64,000 bases of DNA from Octopus sinensis (taxonomy: Eukaryota): contig NC_042997.1 in assembly GCF_006345805.1 (NCBI RefSeq), positions 68,386,001 through 68,450,000 on the forward strand. Reading direction: 5' to 3'. Under the pieces are notes generated by a model. The model ran no database searches. It was not told the DNA's origin and saw nothing but the letters and a program-made list of their open reading frames with translations. This document shows, one piece after another, positions 27,572 to 44,229 of the stretch. A program made the position numbers and the translations under genes. The stretch's first letter is position 1; the number at the start of each line of letters is the position of its first letter.

Positions 27572-27631
<60 letters not shown>

Positions 27632-27649
27632 ATTATTATTATTATTATT

Positions 27650-28040
27650 TTTTTTATGGCGGCGATGGGCTAGTAGAACATTTAGCACACCGGACAAAAT
27701 ACTTGGCGAAATTTTCGCCTGCCTGTGCGCTCTGAGCTCAAATTCCACCGAACCCGATCTTTCTTTTCATTCTTTTTGGGGTCAATAAAATACGTAACAG
27801 TCATGTACTGACTTCTATATAATCGGTTTCCCCGCCCTCAAAAACTACTGACTCTGCACCAAAACTTGAAACCAATATCATTCTTATCATTCTGAGTTCA
27901 AATTCCGCCGCGGTCGACTTTACCTTTTCATTCTTTCGGGGTCGCTGAAATAAGTACCAGTTGAACACTAGGATCGATGTAATCAACTATCCCCCTCCCC
28001 ACGAAATTTCAGGACTTTTTGCCTATAGTAGAAACGATTA
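27650..28040 (+). mobile_element. Two tandem diverged type A SINEs
   Basis: Two copies of CTGAGYTCAAATTCC...GGGGTC...AGT(A/C). Confidence 0.7.
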
Positions 28041-28404
28041 TCATTATTATCATTATTACAAGAACATTATTCGTCACGTAACAGATAACTTTTGAAGTAT
28101 ACTTTGCCGCTATGGATAATTTGATAAAAGTTAAATTATAATAATCGTATGTTTGCCATATTTCCTGACATTGACCTAGTAATTACTGCAAAAATCTTCC
28201 TTGCAAATCGTCTAAGCAATATATTCATTTACAATAAATGTTAATTTTTTAGCTACAATCAGCTACGTCCATCACCTCGTTCTCCTCGTATTCCTCATCT
28301 TTCTTCTTCTCGCCGTCCACCGCGTCGTCCTTCTCGTCGTCCTCCTCTCTGTTCGCCTCCTTCTTTCTTCGATGCATGGTTCACTTCCTGCACTCGTGAC
28401 GCTT

Positions 28405-28500
28405 TTGATGAAAGAGGAGTTGGAAGATTCAGTGAAGAGTTTCTTCGCTTCGAAGGACAAGAACTCGTATCAGTGTGGGATCAAAGCACTCCTCCTCCTA
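28405..28500 (+). mobile_element. Short mariner C-terminal fragment
   Basis: EELEDSVKSFFASKDKNSYQCGIK resembles the mariner C-terminus (F..K...Y..GI..L..RW). Confidence 0.5.
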
Positions 28501-28984
28501 CAACTACTACTATTCGTTCTTACCATTAATGAAGTCAATTTCGAGATTCTTCGAAAATCGATAGAATAAGTAATAGTTCAGAAGTTTCTGAATTTACTCT
28601 TCCTCCACCTCCATCAAAATGTTTGATATAATTAGCTCAGAAAATTTATAAACATATTAAATATGTTTATGAAATATTGCTTCGAAATTTTGGTACAAGC
28701 CCAGTAATTTCAGTGGCGGTGATAAGTCAAATACATCGATCCCAGTGCTCAACTGGTACTTATTTTATCGGTCCAGAGAGGAGGAAAAACAAAGTCAACA
28801 GACTAATAATGTTTTTATATATGTTCTAAACTGTCTCCGTTCCAGGATGAAGCAATTTCACTTCAGGCTGCAAATAACTTTTTTCCTATGGAAAAAGATA
28901 GTTCCCATCCGTGATCATGTCTTGAACTGCGTATTGAGTATTCTCAGCTAACCTGTATATATACAAGTCATTCTCCTATTCGCA

Positions 28985-29225
28985 AGCTGCAGACCGGGAG
29001 TTTTCATCACCACACCATAAGGGCCGACAAGTGACCTACTGCTATGGATGTCAAAGCATGGCCGAATCCGAGCTGGTTGTCTGAGCACAACGTATGTAGA
29101 TCAGCTTACCAGAGACACTGGATGCTTCCCTGAAAACCTCCTTCAACTAATGCAAGATGGGGATAGATGGTGTGTGCATGTTAAAAATGTCCGAGCATGC
29201 TCGACTAGATAATGATGATGATGAG
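28985..29225 (+). mobile_element. RTE-clade LINE 3' end with (GAT)n tail
   Basis: TYVDQLTRDTGC...LLQLMQDGDRW..HVKNVRACST* followed by GATAATGATGATGATGA. Confidence 0.65.
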
Positions 29226-29529
29226 ACATTCCCAAAGTATAGAATTTTTGCTTTTTATGGCTCTCATCTCATGCGTTATTGTTGCACCGATCGAAGCAGC
29301 AGAAAGATTTGGTTTACTTGATTAATTTCTTCAGCTAGATAATTACAATTTTTCACAATGGAACGGAGCAAGGTCTTTGTATAAAGAAGGAATGATGCAG
29401 AGAATACCATGCAAAATATCTTAATTGAAATTTTCCTCTAAAAGTTTTCAGTTATATATCCACTTTCTGTAGGATCCCCTTATTTGGATATGTTGAGCGA
29501 ATATAATAAAAAAAAAGTTATGAATAAGT

Positions 29530-29627
29530 GTTGGCGTGGCTGTGTGGTAAGAAGTTTGTTTTACATCCGCTTGCTTCCGGGTTCAGTCCCACTGCTTGGT
29601 ACTTTGGACGAGTGACACACACACACA

Positions 29628-29676
<49 letters not shown>

Positions 29677-29905
29677 CACACATATATATACATATCTGTA
29701 TGTGTGTGTGTGTATATGTGACAACTTGTATTTGTGTGTTTACTTCCCCTGTAACGTAGCAGTTCAGGGAAAGAACCCGATAAATTAAGTACCAGGCTTA
29801 AAAAAACATAAAGAAGTAGTGGGATCAATTCGCTCGACTAAAATTCTTCAGAGAGGAGCCTCAACACGTGGCCGCAGTTTAATAACCGAGAGAAGTAAAA
29901 AATAA
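29530..29905 (+). mobile_element. Type B SINE with central (CA)n
   Basis: GGCGTGGCTGTGTGGTAAGAAG...CCGGGTTCAGTCCCACTGC; tail ...GGCCGCAGTTTAATAACCGAGAGAAGTAAAA. Confidence 0.8.
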
Positions 29906-30644
29906 AAAGATAGAATTGAATAGTAAACTAATTAAAAAATGCATTTGCATATGATTAGTCTGCTTATTGTATTTCTCGTGGAACCTGTAACGACCTCATG
30001 TGGAACCTCTGTTTCAGAGAACCCCGGTTTGTAAAATCTGCATTAAATCCTAGTTATGTTCAGCTCTTTCCTTAACTGATGCTAGCCGACATAGAATAAA
30101 AGAGCAATTTCTTTGACCATAATCGAAAATCATAGAGAGGAAACGAGTGTCATCCGAATAAAATTGTTTTCAATTTTTGTAGCCGAACTTTGTGTTAACG
30201 AATTCAGTCAATCAGCTTTAAATTTAAACAGTACAAGGGATTTAGAGCAGGGCTTTACCACCTTTTTTTTCATTAAATTTGTAATTGCGCCTTATAAATA
30301 ACAAACCTACAGGCGTGCGTGTGTTATCGTATCATACAAAGAGAATTGCGTGTGGTCGTATTGATGAAGTATCAGACTACTCACCAAATTTGTCGACAAA
30401 AACACATCAATTGTGGTACTTGCTGTGTGAAATGTCCATTTAATCGTAATTATGTACTATGTATGGATACTGCTATTTTGAGCTACGAAAGTAAAACTAC
30501 AATAAACGGGTGTTTTGTGAGGCTTAAGTTCACTAAAAGCCGAAACAAACTCAGTCTCAATCTAAAATCTCTAGCCCTGTCGGCCAGCCTTCAAATCTAT
30601 AGTTTTGTTTTATTAATTTTGTGAAACATTTATGATCTCGTCAT

Positions 30645-30915
30645 CTAGCGGTTAGTGAAATTATCGTAGAAATGAGTGAGTACTCCATAGACAAACGTAC
30701 CCTTAACGTCGTTCTCAGGGAGATTCAGCGTGATACAGAATGCGACAAGATCGGCCTTTGAATTACAGGTACAACTCATTTTTTGCCAACTGAGTGAACT
30801 GAAGGAACGAGAAATTAAGTGTCTTGCTCAAGCACACAACACGCCATCGGGAATGGAAGTCTAGACCTTACGATCGTGTGCCAAAATACCCTAACCACCA
30901 AACCATGCTGCATCA
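30645..30915 (-). mobile_element. tRNA-derived SINE with CORE/MESC-like block
   Basis: Minus strand GGTTTGGTGGTTAGGGTA...TTGTGTGCTTGAGCAAGACACTTAATTTC. Confidence 0.7.
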
Positions 30916-31191
30916 CTTTTGAAAAAGTTAATTTGTAAGTTGAATCTAGCAGGGAGTCTTCAGTTGAATATCTTTGTCAACAACAAGATAATCACAAGTG
31001 ATGACGACCATTGTGACGAGATTGTTAACCTAGTGATCGCTTCTGGATGAGTTTGAACCAATTGAACTCACGTCCACTGTTAGAGAGGGAGAAAGATACA
31101 TAGAGAGGGAGAATACATACATACATACTTACAAGCACACACACATATATATATACTAAGAGAGAGAGAGAAAGAGAGGCGGGGAAAGGGA

Positions 31192-31247
<56 letters not shown>

Positions 31248-31280
31248 GTATATATATATGTATGTATGTATGTATGTATA

Positions 31281-31345
<65 letters not shown>

Positions 31346-33859
31346 GCTTACCAGTTGAAGGAGATATAGATCCATTAACCTGATTTTTTTCCCGTTCTTA
31401 TTATGAAACAATCAAAATCACGTAAGAGAGTAATAATGTCTCGTAGCAGTAACATATAGAATTCGATAGGATATTCGTAGTCAAATAACTCGGAGTTATT
31501 ATTCATTTAGAAATTATATTCCAATTACCTTTCCAATGAAAAGATAAACACAGTCAATTAACTCTTCAGTTTAAAGTCTGTTAGAATTTCTGAAACGGAA
31601 ATTAATCAACCAAATGAAAATCAGATTCTTTGTAAATTTGATTAAAGATAGTAAATATTTTTCAACTTATATTTATATAATTGTCTTTCGTAGTCTTCCT
31701 ATCTTTTATTTGGATTCAACTAATATTAGGACATGGTATTAAAAAAGTTTCTATATGATGTAATAAAAGGAGATTCTTTACATAGGTGGGTGGACTAACA
31801 CTTCCAAGTTAAATTGCCAGGAGTTATCGAATAATACTTATATAGTTGATTTCATATTATTTGGGTGAGGTGGGGGTTGAATTTCAGCTTGGCATTGTGG
31901 GTGGATTATTACAACTTTTGTTTTCGTATTATTGTTGATGTTCTGGTTAAATAAAAAATAGTGGGGAACAATGAGGAGCTTTTACTGCATTTTTGACTTT
32001 GAGAAAAAAAATTGTTTTACAAAAACTCTGTTAGCTAAGCGAATGATCTTCTCTAAATGCACTAAAAGCACTATAACATATTCAGAACAATAAAAAAGTA
32101 TCCCCGTTCTCTTTGAGCATATAAAAAATATATTTAACTGGGGTAAAATGAATAAGCTAAGTTAAAGTAAATTTGCCTCTTAACTTCTCCAGAATTGCAT
32201 TTGAAAACTCATACACATCAATATCCATCCTTAGACATCAGAAAGATCAGATATGCAACAAGAATTTTAAATATCTTTGTTAAATTGAAAGAGGATCATG
32301 AAAAAATGTCATAAGACATGAAATTAAGGAAACAGGTCTAAAAAAAAAATCTCACCATAAAAAATTCTCTATAGCTTCTCCAAGATGTGCTAGAATGTCT
32401 TTCTTCCGTTTACTCACCATAAATTTAAAAAGGACTTATTGAAATTAATCATTACTCATTTTACCCCATTTTAGACATAAACTTTTGAAAATTTACAATA
32501 CATTAGTGCGTGGAGGAATTGACTTGCAATTCAACAGAGAAAAATAATACCTGTCACCTGACAATGATTCAAACTCTCTCAACTTTAACAACACTCCTAA
32601 AGGTGATTCAACAGTGCAAAGTGACGATGCAATACTTGCAATATAATAATTTCAAATAGGTTGGGAGAAAATAAATGAGAAATCAGAAATTACTCATTTT
32701 ACCCCGGTTACTAATTTTGCTCCACCACCCTTATATCACATTCATAACTTCTGATTTCTCTCCATATATAAATAAAATGAGCAACAAGAAAATTTACCGT
32801 TGCTCATTGGAAGGGCAGTGGTGAAGACTGAAAGTAGGTGAAACGTACGGGAGGTATACAGTATCATTCCTCTGTTTCCATGGTTCAAATACTGCTGGGA
32901 TTATATTTCACCCTTTCATTATAGGTAAAATCCATGGCTGTATTACACAAATTGTTGTAGCTGTTACTTTACTTGTTGTCAACAGCAGGGCACATATTTT
33001 AGACAAAACTAAGTGTTTTGCCTCGTAGATGTACAGAGTATCGGCAATGAAAGGAACATAGGGGTTCGACAAAAGAGATCGATAGAATAAGTATCAGGTC
33101 GATTTGTTCGACTAAAATCTTTTTAAGGCTCCAGCATAGTCGCAGACAAATGAGTGAAACAAATTAAAGAAAAAAATATATATATACTCCCATTCGGCCT
33201 TCTCCTCTTCTCTTCTGTTTGTATTATTCTTTCTCTCTTACTGTGTGTATGAGTAGGCACTTATTTACTCATTGTCTGCCTTGAAGCCTTGTATTTTCAC
33301 TCATCCTTCATCTGTTATGTTTATTCTCTGTATCTCTATTCTCTTTCTCTCACTCTTCTGTTTACGATGTAAAGCCTGACTGGAGAAACTAACCAACCAA
33401 CCAACCAACCAACAACCAACCAACCAACCAATGTTTTTATCGGCTGTTAGATAATTGCGTGTATATTTGTTAGGGTGCAAATGTTGGGGTATGTATATAT
33501 GGTTAAATCTAATTGTTCCTCAGCGAAAACATAAGTGCTTTTCAACCTAAATATCTCCATTTCAACTGAGGTTGAATATACAGTTTCGGTATATTCAGTA
33601 TCACACGTGTCAGACTGTTCAAGATATATTTCGTTAAACAAGATATGTTCGCGCATCCTGAGTAGAGATCGGTACTGACGTTTCAAGTCAGGCCATTCTT
33701 CGATAAAATGAAGGAAAGCAATTACAACTTCTCAATAAACTTCGCCTTTCTTTAAAGGTCGTTCTCACTTTTCTTTAGGAAATACGAAATCATGTTATTT
33801 TACGAATTTCATTAGCAATGTGTGGTAAGAAATTTGCTTCCCACCACATATATATATAT

Positions 33860-33910
<51 letters not shown>

Positions 33911-33934
33911 TATTATATATATATATATATATAT

Positions 33935-34230
33935 GGTATGGAGGCGCAATGGCCCATTGGTTAGGGCAGCGGTTGTAAGATCGCGGTTTTGATTCCCAGA
34001 CCGGACGTTGTGAGTGTTTATTGAGCGAAAATACCTAAAGCTCCATGAGGCTCCGGCAGGGGGTAGTGGCGATCCCTGCTGTACTATTTCGCCACAACTT
34101 CCTCTCACTCTTTCTTCTGTTGGCCTTAGTTAGTTAGACGGAGTGGCGTCAGTTAAAGGCTAAAACAATGCGAAGCGCATTGTGACCATCGATGTGTAGC
34201 AACATCTGATAGCCTGGTCGGTCACGGTGA
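33935..34230 (+). mobile_element. tRNA-derived SINE (fourth family) embedded in (TA)n
   Basis: GGAGGCGCAATGGCCCATTGGTTAGGGCAGC head with B-box-like GGTTTTGATTCCC; (TA)n on both sides. Confidence 0.65.
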
Positions 34231-34238
34231 TATATATA

Positions 34239-34298
<60 letters not shown>

Positions 34299-34304
34299 CT
34301 GAAA

Positions 34305-34960
34305 GATTAAAGTAATCAAAGGACATTCTAAGTATGCTGGAAATAGCAGTCAAAACTCTTTTAAATTGCCAAAATACACTGATAAGAACTACAAAAATCA
34401 ACAGTCTGAAGTCAAACGAGCTAAGACAATCTCTCAGCCTACACTCAAGTATTTAGACTCACGCGACCGGTTTCTAGACTGACATTACAGTTTCACCTTC
34501 CTCAGCACACTTTACCATGATGGAGAGCCCAAATCCGTCACATTGAAGTCTGCGCTGCAACTGATTCGTTTTGCGCCGAATCCTGACTGCCACCAGTGTG
34601 AAAATAATTTCAATTTGGAGCAAATAATTCAGGAGAAAAATATTTGCGAAAATATCATTGACTATTATTATCAAGTGTAACAATTAAAAATGATAATAAC
34701 AGAATCAATATATAGGCGATTGCAGCCCCCCACCAAAAAAAAAAACAAAACATTAAATAGATAAAGGATTAAAATTAATCAAAGGACATACTATGAATGT
34801 CTACCTGCTGGAAATAACAGCCACAACTCTTATTTAAATCGCCAAAATACACTGGTAATAACTACAGAAATCAACCGTCTGAAGGCAAACGGACTAAACA
34901 ATCTCTCAGCATACATTCAAGTATTTGGACTCACGTGGATCGGTTTCTGGACTGGCATTA
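34305..34960 (+). repeat. Two ~190-bp diverged direct repeats (34305-34490, 34765-34960)
   Basis: Shared AATCAAAGGACAT...CTGCTGGAAATA...CAATCTCTCAGC...GGTTTCT(A/G)GACTG(A/G)CATTACAG. Confidence 0.75.
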
Positions 34961-35687
34961 CAGCCATACAACGGGCCTCTTTTAGTTTCTGTGCACCTAC
35001 CAAATCCACACATAAAACTTTGGTCTGTCCGGAGTTATAGCAGAAGTCACTTGCCCAAGTTGCGACACACTGGGACTGAACTCGGATCCAAATGGTTGGG
35101 ACGCTAACTTCTTGCCACGCAGCTACGCTTGCACTTATGGTAGAAACTTTGCGTTACTTTCTAAATTATTGCTTGCTGTATGTCATTTGACTCTGGTGAT
35201 TTGAGCTAACCGGAATCAAATACTTTGGCCCATGAATATAGTGCATCGATAGTAGAGGATAGGAGACAGAGACTCATTGAGCAATAAGTCGACACCATAT
35301 TAATTCATCGAGTTATTCTGAAAACAGACACCAATTGTTTTAGTATACATATTACATTTTCAATCATTCTTATCCTTTGCTATTGTTTGAAAAACACAAA
35401 GGCGTATATAAATTTGCGTTGGATTAATATGTTTTGTTTCTCTGTTTATACAATTACACAATTGATCTCATAACGGTTTGAACTATTTCCTTGTAAATGT
35501 TATCTTCATCAACTATTCATAGGAAACAGTAGAAAATGTCACCGTCAATTAAGACTTAAGCCATTGACCAAGCAATACCACAAGGGATTTGAACTAAAAA
35601 CTGTGAAGCATGTGTACGCATAAATATATATGTATATATGTGGGTATATGTGCGTGTATGTGTATGCCGAGAGATAAATAGATAAAC

Positions 35688-35742
<55 letters not shown>

Positions 35743-36514
35743 AAGAGAGAGACTGCTTAAGAAGTGCTGTCTCTAGCTAAATGTTGATCTCATTTCATAT
35801 TAATAAGTAATTAGATGATTTAGTAAATTAATACAAGTATAATTTAATTTATTTAACGTGAAGTAAAAGTTTCAGTAGAATAAAATTACCTAAAATGTTT
35901 GGTAATATGATTGGGTTTTTAAAAATGACGGGGATAAGCGAGAGAATGGAATCTCTAATTAAATCAATTTGAAGTATATAGATCTGTTTCTTTAGTCTGA
36001 GTTAAGAAATTCTACCGGAATTTTCGTAGCATTTTATAACGGCCGGATCGATATGTACCTCATTAAAAGTAATAAACGTATAATTGCAATGATATATACA
36101 AAATATTACCCAACTAGTTGAAATAGATCGATGGTTTCTCCTTAATTTTTCCAGGAACATATCACTTGAAACAGTCATTTTATTTTAGTTACACAAAGAA
36201 ATAACGACACGGCCAAAACTCTTAACGATGACAACTTTTAAAGCAATACTCAACACTATCAATCGCCTTAATTTATTCATCTCCACCATTGTAGTTTGCC
36301 TCACAAAGAAGCAAGTATTTTCTGCAAGGCACCCTCTTAGCAGGATTACAAGGGTTTATTTTAATAGAAACTGATTCTATTTGATCTCTATAACAATAAG
36401 CCACTACGTCCCACTATGAATTATTACTTTCACATCTTCACTTGCGAATATCCAATGGCTAATTGAGTTTAGATATAAACTTAGAATGTATTTATGCACG
36501 TCATGAATATAGAC

Positions 36515-38390
<1,876 letters not shown>

Positions 38391-38599
38391 CATGCTACAT
38401 TATGCATAATATTCAACCAATGTTGCATTGTTGTACAGCATATTCCCAAATATTAATATTTAGGACTTCTTACACCTCACTGCTTGTTCTGATTTTCCTC
38501 TGACTCCTTCCCAAGCATCAATTCTAGCTCATTACTCTAAGACGCTTTGATCTTGATATCTTCCGTACAAACGGATTTCTGCAACAAAAACTACAAAGC

Positions 38600-38705
38600 T
38601 ACAAGAATACAGCCAGTACAACAACAACAGCTTCAGCAACAGCAGCAGCAACAGCAGCAGCAACAGCAGCAACAACAACAACAACAACAAACAAAACTGC
38701 AGCAA
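38600..38705. repeat. (CAG/CAA)n repeat
   Basis: Directly visible. Confidence 0.9.
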
Positions 38706-38801
38706 GTACGCTTTGTTGCAATACAAAAATCTGATCTCTAAAAGTAAAATTATATTTACATAACATTTCTATCAATATATTCAATATATATATATATATA
38801 T

Positions 38802-38835
<34 letters not shown>

Positions 38836-38847
38836 TACACATATATA

Positions 38848-38890
<43 letters not shown>

Positions 38891-38900
38891 TATATTATAT

Positions 38901-41065
<2,165 letters not shown>

Positions 41066-41128
41066 CCATATACGTATGCGTGTGTGTGTATGTATTTATG
41101 TATATATGTGTATATGTGTATAGTTGTT

Positions 41129-41186
<58 letters not shown>

Positions 41187-42139
41187 ATATATATATCAGA
41201 AGAAAAGTAGGTATAAGTATTCCTTATTAGCTATGTTATTTAGAATCATAAAGATTCCGGCGCATCGAAAGCTCTCTACCGTTCTATTGGAAAACACCAG
41301 TGATTATAAACATCCCGAAGTCGGGGGATAAAACATTTCATGTCTTTCGAGTTAAAGTCTAGAGAAGAGCAATATACAAGTAGAAATACGGATAAAGAGT
41401 TTCTGAATATTACAGGTTACAGTTCAACTTTAAGGGAATCTTGTGATTTAGTGGAGAAATACTGGCAAAATAGAATATTCAATAGTGATTCATAGAACTT
41501 TATCTGTTTTACATCGAAATCGATTTTATCGTACAATAAAATCCGACAAAATACTAAAGTGGATAAAATCCGAAAAAATACTAAAGTTAATGTAATCTGT
41601 TAAACCCTTTGAAGATGATTTCTCACCAGGGTGGCGGTCCTATAACTAAAGTCGCTTAAATCATAAAAGAGTAATGTACATATATCCCAAGAACTGGTTT
41701 AATAAATTGAAATAATTGTTTGATTCTTGGTGATCATTCCTGTTGGACTAAAAGTCCAGGGTAATTTAAAAGAGAATATTTTCCCTTAAATATAACAAGA
41801 GAACTATGGATTGTTATGACTCCAGATCCACGAGAGCGGGGGCAGTCCACTTAACTATTTCGCTTAGGGGAAGAGTTTGTTTTCTTGAATTATACAGGAA
41901 GAATTAAACTGCATTACATGCTAACGAAGTAATCGTTAATGATGCAGTGATCCTGCTCTACTACCTAAAAAGAAAAATATATATATATGTAGTACATAGT
42001 TCAATTGAGCTAGCATGAAAAAAGGTATCGTTAATGGGCCCCATGCAGACTTAACGACGGGAAGCGTGACATCGTTACAATTTCCCTAAGTGACAAATGA
42101 AGATAGGGAGTGAAGACAGAGCAACTGGGAGAAGAGAGG

Positions 42140-42161
42140 TAGAGGCGAAGAGAGGGAGAGA

Positions 42162-42203
<42 letters not shown>

Positions 42204-42260
42204 GAAAGAGAAAGAGAGAGAGAGGGAGAGAGAGAGGGAGAGAGAGAGAGAAAGAGACAG
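42140..42260. repeat. (GA)n-rich microsatellite
   Basis: Directly visible. Confidence 0.9.
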
Positions 42261-44150
42261 AAAGAGTGAATGGAAAAAATGCAAGAGATGGAGTGAAATA
42301 AGTAACAAAAGGAAATGGGGAAATTGAAGTATGGGAGAGAAAGCTATAGAAATATTAGGGAGTATTTGAAATAACTTGAAATAGTGTGATAAAAACAGAC
42401 AAGAATAAAATAAAAGACCAAGAGAAAATAAGAAATTGATAGAATTGAAATGAATAAGAACATTTCCAAATATATGTGAAACAATGTACATGTTGAGAAA
42501 CTAAAGTACAAAGTCAAGTTCGATTAAATAAAGGGGCCTCATCCCTTTACAGAGGTTTTTATGGATGCTGGATAAACATTCATTACATTTATATCGTAGC
42601 ATAGATGGAACAAAGTAAATAACTCTAAAATATATGTCAATATACAGTCTATAATTAAAATGGCACAAACTTAAAACGTTCTCTGAACGACTGATAGATG
42701 CTTGACGCAGTTTTGTTGTGTATAGAGAATATCATGCATCAAGCATAAACATTAAACTCGTGGCATAATCTACAATGCTTATGAGGCACACATAAATCCC
42801 AACCAATGTCAACATCCATAATAATATTTTATGATATTTATTCATGTATGTTCCTTACCACGAATAAGAAGGTGCGCAATCGAAGAGAATATCCAAGCAC
42901 TATAAATTACACTGTGTAACACGATTTTTGTCCTTGGGTAGCAATTGTTAATTCCTATTAGCTTATCCCTAAAAAGTATGAAAAATGCCTAATATTTCCT
43001 TCAAACTTTGCTTTTGTTAAATTTATTCAAACCCAAAAAGTATCCCTCTCAACACATGACTGTGATGCTTCCCACTACTCCTTCTCATAATCAGAGATGC
43101 ACATATTGCCAGCCACTAACGGACATGCTCAAGTGGTTATGGTCAAGCAACTGACAAAGAAATCTGTGGTACTGAGTAGAATATTTGCTACTACAATATT
43201 TCTGCCTCAGCAACTCTGAAATGTAATAGAAAATTGCTCAGTTTCAAAACATTACAATAGCAAAGTTTGAAGGGAATAGTAGTAATTTCCTTTGATTTCT
43301 AGATAGAAGCAAACACGAAATAACACTTAATGACTAAAGACGGAAAAAAGAAATATTGTAACACAGTGTTATTGATAGATTTTTCAGCCTACATCTTCAG
43401 ATGTCCAAATGCAAATATCAATATATGTAAAAGACAGAGTCTACATCATTTGAAGAAGTGTAACATTTAAAAAATACGTAAAAAAGATAAAATAGGTGCT
43501 ATAAATCTGAGATAAGAAATTCAAGCGATATGGTAGAATCTTATAAATTAGTCTACTGTAAGCATACTTTAATTTTGAAAACTGAACAAAATTAATTGAG
43601 ACAAAACTTGTAATATGTGTTTTAGTAGAAAATGGCCAACATTATCTTCAGAAAAATATGAAACAAAACCTTAGAATAAAACGATTTTAAAAAATGATAA
43701 GAACAGGGATTCCACCACCTGCATTGCTAGGGTATTTTGACAACGTGAAAGCAAATAACAGGACAGATGAAAAAATTTGTATTCTTCACATTTTTCCTAT
43801 GCATTTCTTTTATAATCATTGGTTTACAAACCTGTTTTTTTTCTTTTTGTGAAGATTAAACTCATGAAAAGAAACTTTTTTTGCTGAAAGACATGTAACT
43901 GCTTCCACATTATTAGTTATTTAAGTCAAACAAAACAATGAAATTTCAAAGAAATTTTCAATTCTAAAGACGTGATCTAATTTTAGTCAGTTGAGAAAAG
44001 AAAAAATAAAATTAGGAAAAAAAAGAAGGAAAAGGCAAAAAGAAAGCAATAAAAAGCAAATGAGTTACAAATGAAACAAAGACACAAAGAGAATAAACAA
44101 GATCATTTTCACCAAGAGATAATGATAAAGATGATGATTAACATCGTCAT

Positions 44151-44181
<31 letters not shown>

Positions 44182-44229
44182 AACAGAAGAAGAAGAAGAA
44201 GAAGAAGCAGCTGCGTCATTTCTGATCTT

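Noticed and set aside
31030-31085. Strong minus-strand acceptor followed by TGGAC|GTGAGT (5-nt microexon) or a short terminal exon
   Set aside because: The pyrimidine tract is a CT microsatellite; cannot be supported without RNA data.
38547-38741. PolyQ ORF
   Set aside because: CAG/CAA microsatellite without a convincing splice acceptor or flanking protein-like sequence.
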